From Epiperipatus broadwayi (lineage: Eukaryota > Animalia > Onychophora): 64,000 nt of DNA. Below are positions 1 through 13,100 of the stretch, piece after piece. Under the pieces are notes generated by a model. That model saw nothing but the letters and a program-made list of their open reading frames with translations, had not been told where the DNA came from and ran no database searches. The DNA is taken from contig JAQFVV010000004.1 of assembly GCA_028023455.1 (NCBI GenBank), forward strand, positions 6,262,001 through 6,326,000, written 5' to 3'. Position 1 is the first letter of the stretch. Every line of letters begins with the position of its first letter. The position numbers and the translations under genes are program-made.

Positions 1-129
1 AATATCTACCCCTTAGACTATAGAGCTAAATTTGAATATATTCTTGTAAAGTGTAAATCATAAACATAAGAATATATATTTATATACAGTATTTTTTAAA
101 TTTAAATCTATACTCATTAGAGCATGCAT

Positions 130-3100
130 ATAAATATCGGAGCTCTTAATGTCAGAGGATGAATTCTGAACAGAAAATCTATCAATTAATTAAATGGTGT
201 GTAGTCCAGCCACATATAATTAGCTTGTCAAAGACAAAAATATATGCAACTACCTTCGAATTATCTACACAATCAAGGATTCAGATATAGATATTATAAT
301 ATCTAACGCTTGTCCATTCAGATCATTTAATATTCTATACCTTGATGCTTACATATTAATTATTCATTCCTTCCTTAATATTCTAAACCTTGATGCTCAC
401 ATATTAATTTATCTCATTCCATCATAAAACTTTTGTTTTAAATATTATATTTGCATATACAGCTCCATGGTTAACAGTAATAAATAGATTCATATTAACA
501 GTTAATTCAATCCTAGATTCCTCTCCCTATCCATATTTGCTACTGGGTAATTTTAACATTTTCTACAATAAATTTGTATCTAAGTGGCTATACAAGTTTG
601 CTTTCCTCCTTATGAGTGGATAAGGATTTCTACCAAATGATTCTGTATCATTTTACAATGATAGACACTCTTCACTAATAGATCTAGTATTCTACTCACC
701 GATATTGCATCATCTAATTGGGCTATCTCTAAAAAATTCAACCCTATCTGACCATTTAGCATTGTTTGTAATCCTAGATCTAGATCTTATGTATAGAAAA
801 GTACTGTCAGATGCAAAGAGAATAAGGGTATTACTTCCTAGCAGGACTAATAAATTTTTATTTTCACAAAATGAAGTTAGACCCTGCACAAATCTGGTTA
901 GCGTTTGTAAATGTTCTTTCTTTTAATATTGATCACTTAATCCCGAACATTCACATCTCCTACTAAATTATTAGCACTTGTAGATGACATTCATAAAAAA
1001 AATTATTCATTACCAAGCCACTGAAAACAACTGGAGTAAAGTAGCTGTCCTAAAAAACTTATACACCAATACCTGACAAACTCTGAAAAAATACATACTA
1101 ATTTAAAAAAAAGGGAGGTTTTTTTCTGGGTCATACAATGTCATTCTTTAGACATTTTATCCATTGGGCATTAGGTTATCCCCCCCCCCCCCAATACCTA
1201 CAGCTAATAGAATCGATAATGAATTAATTGCTGGAGATAGCATGCTAACTCCATTATATGAGTTTTTTAAAAACAGTTTGAAAAACAATAAAATGTTCTG
1301 TCCTACCACTTCATTTCTGGGAAACACAGAGAAAGATAATAGATGAACTTTAGCAATTAAGTCCCAGACACCTGTCCCCCAGGTATTCATGGAATTCCAA
1401 AATTTATCTATGAACACCTAAGCTTTTTTACTACAACTTACAAATCTAGCTAATTTATTATCCAGACAAATCCATCATATACCTGGATTTTACCCAATAA
1501 TACTTGTGCTTTTTCTTAAGAAATCTGAAGATATAACTACAGTTAAAAATATATGTGTCCTAAATCCATGAGTCCACTTGGCATCAAGATTCTTGAATCA
1601 GTGATCAAGGATAAACTTGAACCCTTTATCTTACCAACAATAGCCAAAATGCAATTTTCAAAAAGAGGTGCATCTATTGGTTTAGCTGCAATTATTTTTA
1701 AGACTGTTGTGGAGATTATTAGAAAAGAAAAAAAATATAGTCCTATTACCATTCGATTGGATATATAAAAAAAGAACACAATTCAATTTCAATAGATCAA
1801 CTCATAAACCTCTTTACAATCTTGTCAGTCCTCAAATCATTAATGTATTCACCCATATATTAATAAATAGTGAAATTAATGTGCCAATGAAACCATATTG
1901 CTTTATCCTTCAAGGTTCCCCTCTTAGAGCCTTACTGTTTATAGTGTACATAAATCTCCTCCTTAAAATGATTGACGAATGGATACTGGTATTTTTGTAC
2001 CACAATTTAAAAGTGACATTTCACATATTGCTTATATGGATGAAATTATATTTTTTTATCATCACAAAATATGTTCCCAAATTATTACAAATTTTGGACC
2101 ACTATTCACAGGAATATAAACTAGAATTCAATTTAGACAAAACATTTAGTTAACAGATATATATAGGAAAATTTATACAATCTAAATTTAAAGGAAACCC
2201 TGTCACATTCCTCGATTTCCCCTTCTATCTTAGTAGCACTGAAATGAGAACAAAAATATATACTTCTCTTAAAGAAAAAAATATTAGCTGTCTTTCAAAG
2301 TCCTAACTTTCAGTTTATTCTAAAGTCACATTATTTAATATGCTCATTATGACAAGAATTACTTATTATAGCCCTATAATTATTTGCGCTAAAGTCTTTA
2401 CTTCGCATGTTTACTCTCATGTTCAAAAAACTTCTGTGGGGCAGACCCATTGCATTCATCTTTATTAAAAAAAACTAAAAAATTCATTAATTCATAATGG
2501 GCTAGGACTACACTCATTAAATATATTCAAAATACAGAAAACATTTAATCTGATTACTTCACTTTAAAATCTATTTAATCATGTTGCTATATCATTAAAA
2601 ATTGCACCAACAGATAAACATCCTCCTGGTACTGGTTATTAGGCTAATCTAATAAAACCACTATTGAGCATAGATAAACTAACCTTCTGTCCCCCTACGT
2701 ATAAGTATAAATATTGGAAAACTTATCTATTAATAAAACAACCAACAGTAAATAATCAATGCAAACCCATATTGGGCCCAAACAATCAGCAACTTGTTAG
2801 AAGATTTAGATTCTGGAAGCTTGAGCCCAAATATTTTTGATTTTCTAATAAAGATTAACTTGGGAGCATTACCAATACTTTATTTTTATAAATATAGAAG
2901 AAATTGTACAAAATTGATGTCTTTTCCCCCTCTGTCAAAAAGATTTTGAAAATCAAGAGCATATATTCTATGACTATAGATGTTATGATAATAAACACAT
3001 TGCTCTTCCCAACCTTTTTAACAATTCTTTATTTAATATTGCATACCTTTTTAAAACCTAAACAACAGGAATTTTTGCTAAGATTACAGCTAGTACATTC

Positions 3101-3189
3101 ATCTTGTATGTATTATGGATTAAACTGGAAATTATTAGGGAAAGGGATAGAAAACTTGTTCCTTATACTTTTTTCCTTAATACATCAAC
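130..3189 (+). mobile_element. Heavily decayed non-LTR retrotransposon (APE endonuclease and RT relics)
   Basis: GALNVRG-like motif near 140 and LQGSPL-like RT motif near 1910, with many stops and frameshifts. Boundaries approximate. Confidence 0.6.
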
Positions 3190-3202
3190 AACTGAGACAG
3201 TG

Positions 3203-3642
3203 ACATTGATCACCATTTCTTATGCTTGCTCAAGCTATTAAACAGGCAAAACTCTCTGTATAGTAGTACTACTCAGTGCAAACCAGAATAATCAATGGAT
3301 GCAAGAAGGTTTGTGCATAAAATCCCTATCTAATGCCTACTCATCCAATATCCCAAGACTAATTTCTAGTTTATGACTTTCATAAGTAAGAAGCTTTGGA
3401 TATGAGAGCACCTCAGATCCAAGGCACTAGATAGGGATTTTATGCACAAATCTTCCAAGATCTAGGTGCAGTGCTCAGATCTAAGGCTCCCTTAATGATG
3501 AAAGCCACAAGCTAGAAGCTAGTCTGGGGATATTGGATGAGTAGGCATTAGATAGGGATTTTATGCACAAACCTTCTTGCATCCATTGATTACTCTGGCT
3601 TGCACTGAGTGGCACTACTGTATGAAGAGTTTTGCCTGTTTT
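3203..3642. mobile_element. Hammerhead-bearing foldback element, copy 1
   Basis: Inverted arms of about 150 bp (about 3239-3390 and 3490-3642). Degenerate hammerhead motifs at 3351-3392 (-) and 3488-3530 (+). Flanked by aactgagacagtg / aattgagagagtg (13 bp, 2 mismatches). Confidence 0.8.
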
Positions 3643-3787
3643 AATTGAGAGAGTGCCTAGGGGATATAACCTAATTGCAAAAAAAATCCATATTATTTAT
3701 ATATGTATGTGTATATATATATATAACCTTAAATACCTTTGGAAAAAAAAGAAGATACTAAAGAATTATATAACATTATCTAACTTG

Positions 3788-5239
3788 GGTAAAGGTTTAC
3801 TTTAGTGTCCAAATCATGTTTGCCCTTTATTTTTCTAAAATTAGAACTAAATTATTATTCGAAAATCTTACATATATGCTACTATATTATAATTACATTA
3901 AAATTTATTAAAATGTAAAAGATTAAAAAAAAAAATACCTTTTTAAGCATAATTGTGTCCTATGCATACTAGGAAATTGGAGAAAAAAGCAGTAGTGCTC
4001 TGTCTACTCTGGAAGACAAATTCTTGGAGGTACAATAAAAACAAAGCTCTGCTGGTAACAGATTGGAATTTCAGCTTACGCTTTGCTCTCATCCACATAT
4101 TTTCAATATTCTGGGCATGTATGTCTTGATCTTCAGGATGTAGGAAGTTGTCCTGATGGACGACAATTGAATGCATATATACAACATTACTGAGTACGTT
4201 ATTGTACGCAGCTCAGCCATCTGAAATAATGTGCGAACCTAGTAAAATGTACTGCTGTATCAGGACCTCCAGTGTGACAGCCATCCTAGGTGGAACTTCT
4301 GTCAAGAAGCACTTCCTTGATCCTCTTTCGTTACCGCCAAAGACCCAATGATCTCTTTGTACAGTCCCCCTGTGGTATTTGCAGTGGAAATAATAAGCCT
4401 CGCCAATTTCGAAGACTAATGGCTCCCCATTGTCATCAAATCTGCTGAGAACCATCGGATTTGTGTCAAAATATCTGGCACATTTCTCACGGCAAAAATT
4501 AGCCCAGTCAATTATTATTTTTTTGCGGACGCCACTCTCATGCACAATGTATAATGTATTCTTGGGCAAATTATGCGTCCAAAAATGCACTATATTTATA
4601 ATTGTTGCCAGAGGCAGATGACTTTGGGAAAAGAAAGATGCCTTTCTGATTGAGCTGCGATGGCAACATATTCTGCATTGCCATCTACACCCATCTAAGC
4701 ATGCAGAACACCAGCGAACAACGAACACTACACTGTTGGAATATGGCATAATTCTTCAGATGTCTTCTTGCAAGCCATTTGATGGCTAATTTCAGAGTTT
4801 GAAGGGCATTCCACAACTCATACATCTTCCACTCTTCTCCCAGAATAGCAGCAACATTCAAAATTTGATCATCTGGAACTAAATGTTTAACAGATCTCCC
4901 TGCCATTTTTTCCAACTATAAAACTGTTACACGTGTGTATATAATTCAAATTTTTGAACCCAGAGAGTGCCTTTTTTTGAAATAAGTGCTATAAATGTAG
5001 ATAGTTTAAATTCTTAAGTTTCAAATAATTTAAATTAATTATTTTAATTAATGTAGTGTAATTAATTCAACATTCAACTTCTTTAAAAAGGTAAATGTTT
5101 TTTTTATTATCTTTTACATTTTAATGCAATTGTAATATAGTAGCATATACGTAAGATTTTCGAATAATTTAGTTCTAATTTTGAAAAATAGAGGGCGAAC
5201 ATGATGTGGATAATGTGGACGCTAAAGTAAACCTTTACT
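3788..5239 (-). mobile_element. Merlin (IS1595/IS1016-like) DNA transposon, full length but frameshifted
   Basis: TIRs of about 135 bp starting GGTAAAGG; perfect 8-bp TSD CTAACTTG (3780-3787, 5240-5247). Transposase fragments: WQCRIC..SIRKASFF, DWANFCRE, WVFGGNERG, HIISDG, HAQNIENMWMRAKRK. Confidence 0.92.
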
Positions 5240-5533
5240 CTAACTTGTATTAATTTATGTAATCTTTTTTTTAAAATATATATATAATCAAATTTAATTT
5301 TATGTAACCTTTTATATAGTTTCTAATCAGTTATATGTAACCATATTGATGTAAATTTGTGATGTAATCTATGTTTTTTGTAAATATGTAGCTATTTCGA
5401 ATTCCATTAAAGCTTCTTTAAAAACTAATAATAATAAAAAGAAGAATAAGAAGGAAGAAGAAGGCAGAGGAGGAATAATAATAATAATATGAAGTTCTGC
5501 AGAAAGCAGTCCATTTATTTATAACCATGCATG

Positions 5534-6420
5534 TAACAAGTTCCAGTTTTTCATGCTCCAAAAGTACTCAAAATCTAAGCTTGATAAGTAAAAACCCTAC
5601 CCTGATATACTTTTTTTCAATTTCCAATGAGTTAATAACTAATTAATAATTTTGTATTACATTTTTTATTCAAAATTTCAATTAAAATCAAGTTAGAAAA
5701 CAATATGGTGACAAAATATTCACATGACCAGAAAAAGCCTGCTGCCAATAATACCAGTTCAAAGTTCAGTCAATAATCACTTATTTTTAATTTTATTCAG
5801 CACATTCCGATTATTATTTGGGGAAAAAAGAAAATTCAATTTCAAGTTCCCCAAGAAGCAGTTCACTTGCTCACAAATATGTTACTAAGCTTTGGTTTTT
5901 TATACTTAAAAAAAAAGTATTCAAAATCTTAGGCTAAAGGAGAAAAAAAATAACTATCTTCATATCCCTTTTTCAATTTCCAATCAGTTAATAACTTGCT
6001 TCTAATTTTGTGTTTCATTTTTCATTCAAATTTTAAATTAAAAGATAGTTACTTAATGATAATTTTAAAAAAAGCCATCACATGACCAGTGTGTGGGCAA
6101 TAATATCAGCACAAAATTTCAAAGTTCAAAAGTCAGCCAAACATATGCTTATTTTTAAGGTTACTGTAATAAACTTTGATTTTTGTTTAGTAATAAAAAT
6201 TTGATCTCAAGTTCCCCAGTAATCAGTTCACTTGCTCACAACCAAATTAACAAGCTCTGGTTTTTTATGTTTTTATAAAGTACTCAAATCCTTAGGATAA
6301 CAAAGTAAAAAAAAACTTGAATACACCATATTCAATTTCCAATCAATTGATAACTTATTTCCAATTTTGTGTTATTTTTTTTATTCAAATTTTCAATTTA
6401 AATCAAGTTACTAAAGATAA
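5534..6420. repeat. Diverged tandem repeat, unit about 350-365 bp, about 2.5 copies
   Basis: Recurring blocks ttcaatttccaat (about 5617, 5973, 6333), caagttcccca..cagttcacttgctcacaa (about 5842, 6207) and cacatgaccag. Confidence 0.8.
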
Positions 6421-6429
6421 TTTCAAAAA

Positions 6430-7590
6430 AATATAAGAACATTTCCAATACCAATGCCAAGCCTATCATCTACCCAGCTTTCATCACTTCTCCCTATGTC
6501 TGGACCTGCTATCTATGAATGTCACACTTAAACCACATCAAAAGCCTCACCTCTAACACAGCCAGCTCCTGACTCAGTGATCATCTACCACAAATTCCAA
6601 CTAATCAATTGCAAACAATTCTAACATAGATGTACCATCACCCTTCTCTGGAAATTTGGGCCCTCTACCCATGGAGCTCATACTTAAACTTCATCAAAAA
6701 CCTCACCCAGCCCCCATCTCTAACAATCAGTCAGATCCAGAGTCTGACGAATGAATCCAATTCAACAATTGCAACCAAATCTAACATAGTTGTATTATTA
6801 CCCCCATCTAGAATACTAAACTATTCAAATGCACCAGAAAACAGATAGAAAAGATAACAAAACCTTTTCACAAATTATGAAAAAATCACACTATGCCTCC
6901 TACCCATATCAATACACCATCAAACCATATCCCCAATGAAACCAAGAAAAAATCCCATTACCCCAAGAAAATTTGATAACCTAAAAAAATAAAAAATAAC
7001 TAACATTGATTTAATACCAGACAATTGCCACACTCCCATGAAAATTGCTAGTTCCTCACCTACGTTACCGATGCAACCCAACCACATATAAAACCAAACT
7101 TGGTTTGCAAGTGTAAATATAGCAATCCAGAGCAAGTAAAATTCATGGAATCTTGTGTAAATCAATAAATCAACTTTTACATATGTAAATCTACAACTAC
7201 AGATTACCAATGTAACCACAGCAATCCAAGCTATACAAAACTCTTGTAACCAATCCACCACTTGTAAAAATTCCTCCAGTCCTAGGTAAATCAATAAATC
7301 AACTTTTACATATGTAAACCTTCAACTGCAAATTGTCCATATAACCAAAGCAATCTAAGCTATGTAAAATCTTTGGAACTAATCCACAGCATGTAAAAAT
7401 TCTTGTAATCTTGTGTAAATTAATAAATTAACTTTTACATACATAAACCAACATCTATGGATTGTGTATGTAGCCACAGCAATCTAAGTTATATAAAATT
7501 CTTGTAACTAATCCACAGCATTTCTGTAATCTTATGTAAATCAATTTTTACATATGTACACTTACAACTATAGATTTTCCATGTATATGC
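6430..7590 (+). pseudogene. Decayed reading frame ending in 129-nt (43-codon) tandem repeats
   Basis: gtaaat anchors at 7157, 7286 and 7415 (period exactly 129) plus a shorter fourth unit. One frame reads INKSTFTYVNLQLQITNVTTAIQAIQNSCNQSTTCKN, with TAA in other copies where CAA is expected. Confidence 0.5.
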
Positions 7591-9488
7591 AAAATCCTTC
7601 TAACTTCCTAAGATAAATAAAGCTTATCAATGAAACATAATAATAATAATCATTATACTGTAATTGGAAGATTGCAAATCAAAAATGTTTCCAAAAGATC
7701 AGGTTGATTTCTTCCAATACTTCAAAATGTTCTAAACTGAATTTTCAAGTTGTGAAATTTTATTTTCATCAATGCTACCAATTTGTCTTTAACTTCTTTT
7801 TTCCGTATTTACTTTTTAAGTTTAATGGAGATATCCAGAATAAATATTTGCTTCAAAAAATTTGAGTTTTTATTACGCAAATTTTCCATATTCTTAGTAG
7901 AATTAGCAATGCAGATTACCACTTTTTAAAGTCCAAAGTTGCTGAAAATTTACATACAACCAAAGATTAAATTAAAAAAGCAACAATATAATTCTATCAA
8001 GAGGAGAAGGATAAATACTATATTTTTTAAATTTAAGAAAATAATAAATAAGTAAAAAGAAAGGATTCTCAGTCTCTTGAAATTTCAAGTTTATTTATAA
8101 CCTTCAATCTATAAAATAATAGACAACCATTAGCAGAGCGAAAGCCTCTCCACAATCCACCAAGATGAAGACAAGACTTATGATGCTAATCAAAGGCTGG
8201 ATGGTAGGAGTTTATGATTTTCTTCCTTGTTTTCTCTCACAATAAGGATATTCAGTATCAACAATTGGATGACTAGATGAGAAAATTATTAAACCCTTGT
8301 TTGAAACCTGAAAATAAGTTTCAAGTTATATCCAAATTTGAATTCTACATCATAAGGTCCTATATATATAAATGATATAAGATCCATTATTAAATAGTTA
8401 TTTTATGTTTGATAAGCTAGAATAAAAATTGCATCAGTAATTAACGGCAGACTTTCAGAATGAATGATCAAGTATTATTTTTCAATTATCTTTTTTTTTT
8501 TTTATTGGCAAAATAACTGGATTTGCCTTTAGAAGAGAATTAGGATATAAATTTTGCATAAAATAAACAGACAACAAAATTAAAATAGCTAATTAATCTA
8601 GAATGCAGGAAATAAAAATATAAAAACCAATAGGTAATAAACAAAAGGATATTTTAGGTGTAAATAAATTGAAATTGTGAAAAATTCTTATTAAATGCTT
8701 TGTTTATACTACAATCACTTAAAGTGAGTATACCTTATTTAGTTTCTAATAGATGAAGAAAAAGAAAAGCAATTCCAGATTTTTGAGATGTGAAAAGTGA
8801 ATAGGATTATTTCAATGAATTGAATTAAGAGCACTTATTGATACAGATTGGATAAGATGTTTTGGATCAGAAAACTATAAAAAAATTGTTGAAAAAAAAT
8901 TATAATGGGTGAAATGAAAAGAAAGAGCAAGAATCTATGATATTAAGAAGATGGATTTTTTAAATACCGTGTTAAAGAGTATTATCACAGTTAGTATTGA
9001 TCATGGTACCACATAAATATATATTTAAGAAAATGATTGATTTGTGAATATTAAAAAAATAGCCAATATATGATCACCTTAAAGATAGTAAAGGAGGTGT
9101 TGAATTACCCATTGACAAATGAATGATGATCAAACATAGAACATAAATTATGTATAATATTATTTTATTAATAAATAATATAAAGAGAGAAGATAAACTA
9201 TGATTACTGTATAAGTCTTCATAAAAATATTAATTAAATGATGAAAAGCTAGAGGTTTAAAAAAAAAAACCCCACAAAAACAATAGAATGCCTGTATTTC
9301 AAATCTTACACATTAAGCCTGTATTGTGCCCATCCCTCTTCTATGTATTTAAATGGATACTTTCCTATACATGAGGGGTCAGAGTGAAGTTGGAGTAGAT
9401 TGAAGCCTGTCCAGTAAAGTATAAAGATTTTCTATCTTAATATAAGCTGAGCACTGATTGTATATATGTGTGGGATATGATAATCTGG

Positions 9489-9532
9489 ACCAACTGATGA
9501 GTGCTGGTTCAGCATGAAATATGTATATTGGT
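9489..9532 (+). ncRNA. Minimal type I hammerhead ribozyme motif
   Basis: ACCAA-CTGATGA-GTGCTG/GTT/CAGCAT-GAAA-TATGTA-TA-TTGGT: 5-bp stem I, intact core, 6-bp stem II, near-palindromic stem III, predicted cleavage after 9527. Confidence 0.8.
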
Positions 9533-9940
9533 GATTATTTATCTTTTCTATATGTGTGTGGCCATGTGTATCAGTAATTTAAAATAGTGTGGATAGTTGA
9601 AGGTTGCTTGAAAATCTGAGTTCAAATTCCCTATATTTAAAAACAATAGAAATGAATTTTTTTTATAGAAGTCGTTTGACTTTGGTAAGACATTTTTGAT
9701 TTTTTAAATGTTATTCAATCAGTATTTATTCAAGGAAATGATAACATTGTGAGAGTTAATGTCACTAAATATAAATAGATACAACTACAAAGAATTTAAT
9801 ATTTGTAATCATATTTTGAAATAATTATTACTAAGTATACTTATGTATAATAAAAGTCATCATATTTTTTAAGTTTATTAAGAATCAATCTTAATTTTAA
9901 TATACAGCAAAACAAAAGAGAAAATATATATTTAACTTAC

Positions 9941-10135
9941 ATCTCCAGCTTTCTTAAGAATGAATTTACCATCTCCTTTCCATTGATCTTGGGCCACTAG
10001 AGGTTTTTCACTCATATCAAGAATTCTTTGTAGAGTGGCCTTATCTAAATCTTTCTTTTCCCAGCCTCTATGAACTTCTTCAACTAGAACATAATCTTGG
10101 ACACGTTCATGAGGCTTATTAGCACGTATTAAGGC
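9941..10135 (-). CDS. PLCE1: PLC-epsilon exon, RA domain part 2
   Basis: [65 protein letters not shown]; ag/gt bounded. Confidence 0.94.
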
Positions 10136-13100
10136 CTGAAATATTAAAATTATCTGTAAAAATATATTGATAAAGTTCTTTTAATCCGCAATGGCTACAA
10201 CTGGTTTGTGAGACCAGTTTAAATTTTCAAATGCCTTAATTTCATATTTTTTAAATTGAACATGTCCTCCATCTCAGTACTTTCCTAGGTATGTCTTTAT
10301 TTTGAAAAAATCAAATTAGTTTGAATTTACTTCACATAGTAGAAGTTTTATGTCTTCTGTTTGTAGTTTAAATGAAAGTAAATTTTTTTTTGTATTTTGT
10401 ATAAATCATCATTATTTCTTTTCCTACATTTTTAGACAAATATTATTATATTTAATGCAGATAATGCTTACAATAATAAAAAGCAAATTAATTTCATTAT
10501 AATAACTGATTGTAAACAAAAATCAACCGAGTCCAGTTAGAAACTATTTAAATAAAAGTAATTTTATTTCTTCATTTTTTTAATTTTGTGGCTATATTTT
10601 TAAAATTTTTTTTCTATAAATATTTTAATGTTTATTATAAATAAAGCCTATATATATAAAATCAAATTTGGCATGACAATTATGTAAAACAAATACTTTT
10701 TTTAAGCGCAGTATGAGATAGCGCTTGTAGCATTTATGTGTCAAAATTGCATTGTAGCCATTGCAGGTTAAAATAAAATGATTATGCATGCACTTACATG
10801 TTCATACACAGTTAAATAGACACATGCTGTTATAAAGCCATTGATTACTCATGCTTACAATAAATACTGAAATAAAATTTATAAAATAGATTACTGTTAA
10901 TAATAAAGATATTGAATATAAGCTGGCAGATGAATGAAAGCCTTGCTTAATATATAAATCAAAACCATGAAAAAAGTGGAAAGAACTTGAAAAATTTTTA
11001 CATAAATGGTTTTTATTATATTTCGAACTAAAAGCAATTTTTAAAGCTTTTTCTCTTTCTTTTTTTTTTGATTTTATCTATAAGATTTTTAATCTAATAA
11101 AATTCATTTTGTAGAAAACATTGAATAAAATTCAATAATTTTGTCAAAAAAAAAAAGTGTAATATAATTTCAATAATTTAAAGTGCACTAAACTGTTAAA
11201 CCAAGTTTCATTAAATATCTTAAACATGCTAGATCTTGGCCCCAGATCTGTGATCGGCACAAATATTTATAACTTATTTGTATGGATGTAATTGTTTAAG
11301 TAGAATACGCAATCTGTAAATAATTATAAACCTATAATTTATATATATCTGATAAAATATTTATAGATATATATAATTACTCTATTCTATAGCCATCTGT
11401 ATAAATATTAATGATAAACACATATTAGATAATAATACCAACCACACTAGCTTTTAGATATTGGCCTTCATCAGCAGAAAATATCCATCTAGTAGACACT
11501 TTTACTACTATTATGCTATTTAAGCTAATGACTTGAATATTTCAAACATTCTTAAGTTTTGAACTCAAATCAACATTCTTATCAAGCAATTAGATCCACA
11601 GCTATATTTTAAAGACTTCATTTGGATGTTATCAGTAGTCATTTTTGATACTTTGAACAAATTGATACTAAACACACATTACTCTAGAACAAGCATAGGC
11701 AACTTGTCAGATTTCATACAGTTTTTTATTATTTCCCCTATTGCACATTTAATTCATGATTCATCATCATTATTTTAAACCAATATAGATCCACTGAAGG
11801 GTGAAGATCTCTCCAAATTCAATGATCATAGTAGTATAATCAAATTCCCAATTATAGAAATATAATTCACTAAAAAATTATGTTTTGTTTTTGCTATCAA
11901 GCTTCTCAGTGAAATTTATAAACATTTTTTCCTTTGTATTTTTTATTTTATAAAACTTATATAAAAATTTTCTTTAAAAATAATTTTATTTTAGTATATC
12001 TTTACTAAATATGATAATTGTGAAATTATTCTTTTAGTGATGTGGTCCGATTTATAATGAACAACATATCATGAAATCATTGCTTGAAAAAGATTGCCAA
12101 ACATCAGCTTCAGAGCCATCTATCTAAGACAAATAATCGATGCTTACAATTAACATCTAACTGAAATCATTAAAATGTACATCCTGGTATAACTGGATAC
12201 CTACTCAAGTTCAGGAAGTAGACAACTTCTGGATGAATATGTGCTAAAACATTGATCAGCATTACCATTTGATGGTTGTTTGGGTTTAGAGTAGAATGAA
12301 GTAAAGATTATTACTGTTAATGCAGATATTAAATGTTAGTTAATAAATTCATACAATATTTTGTTTGATATGTTTATAGGTTATTGCGATTTCATATAAT
12401 AAAATAAAAATTTGAATTTTTCATTCAAATCACAAAAATATACTTACCAATTGGATATAATTCAATGATATTTTTTTTTTTACACACTTGTCAAACATTT
12501 ATGATTTTATTTTAAATTAAAAGATAATTTGCGATAAACATGTATGTTTTAATTAAATCATTAAATAAATAATAAGAAAGGTTTTATTGCTCATGAGTTC
12601 ATAAGAAGTTTGAATGCTGGAAGTGTTAGAACTGGGATCAATCCCAGGACTTTATATTTCAGAATCTGACACCCTACCACCACACTAATCCATGCATGGT
12701 AATAAAGTAATTATTGAATATTGATTATCAAACTACTTTTTGAAGGTATTAAATTTTTCTTGATTTTTTTCTAACCTGTGCAATCACATCTCTTGTCACA
12801 CTATCCTGAGTGACTTTTAAAATAGTGTACTGCTCTTCGGGAACAATTCCATAAACCATTAGGAAAAACATCCGCCGCTTAAGTGGAACATTGCTAATGA
12901 CAGTCTGAAAGTTAAAAGATAAAGTTATTCATACCTTTAAAAGTATTTACGAAATTATATATATTATTTTAATGAGTTTGAGTAAAGAAATACAATGTAA
13001 TTAAACAACAAGAGATATATAAAAAAATTATAATAAATATGTACAGATGCATATATATATATATTAGAATAGTTACATTTGAATGGAAAACAGGCAAAAA

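Noticed and set aside
7100-7590. TAA read as Gln (alternative genetic code)
   Set aside because: Host exons show no in-frame TAA, and C>T decay of CAA codons explains the pattern.
1-9940. Next PLC-epsilon exon (second RA domain)
   Set aside because: No convincing in-frame, splice-bounded candidate was found by eye. It probably lies beyond the window start.
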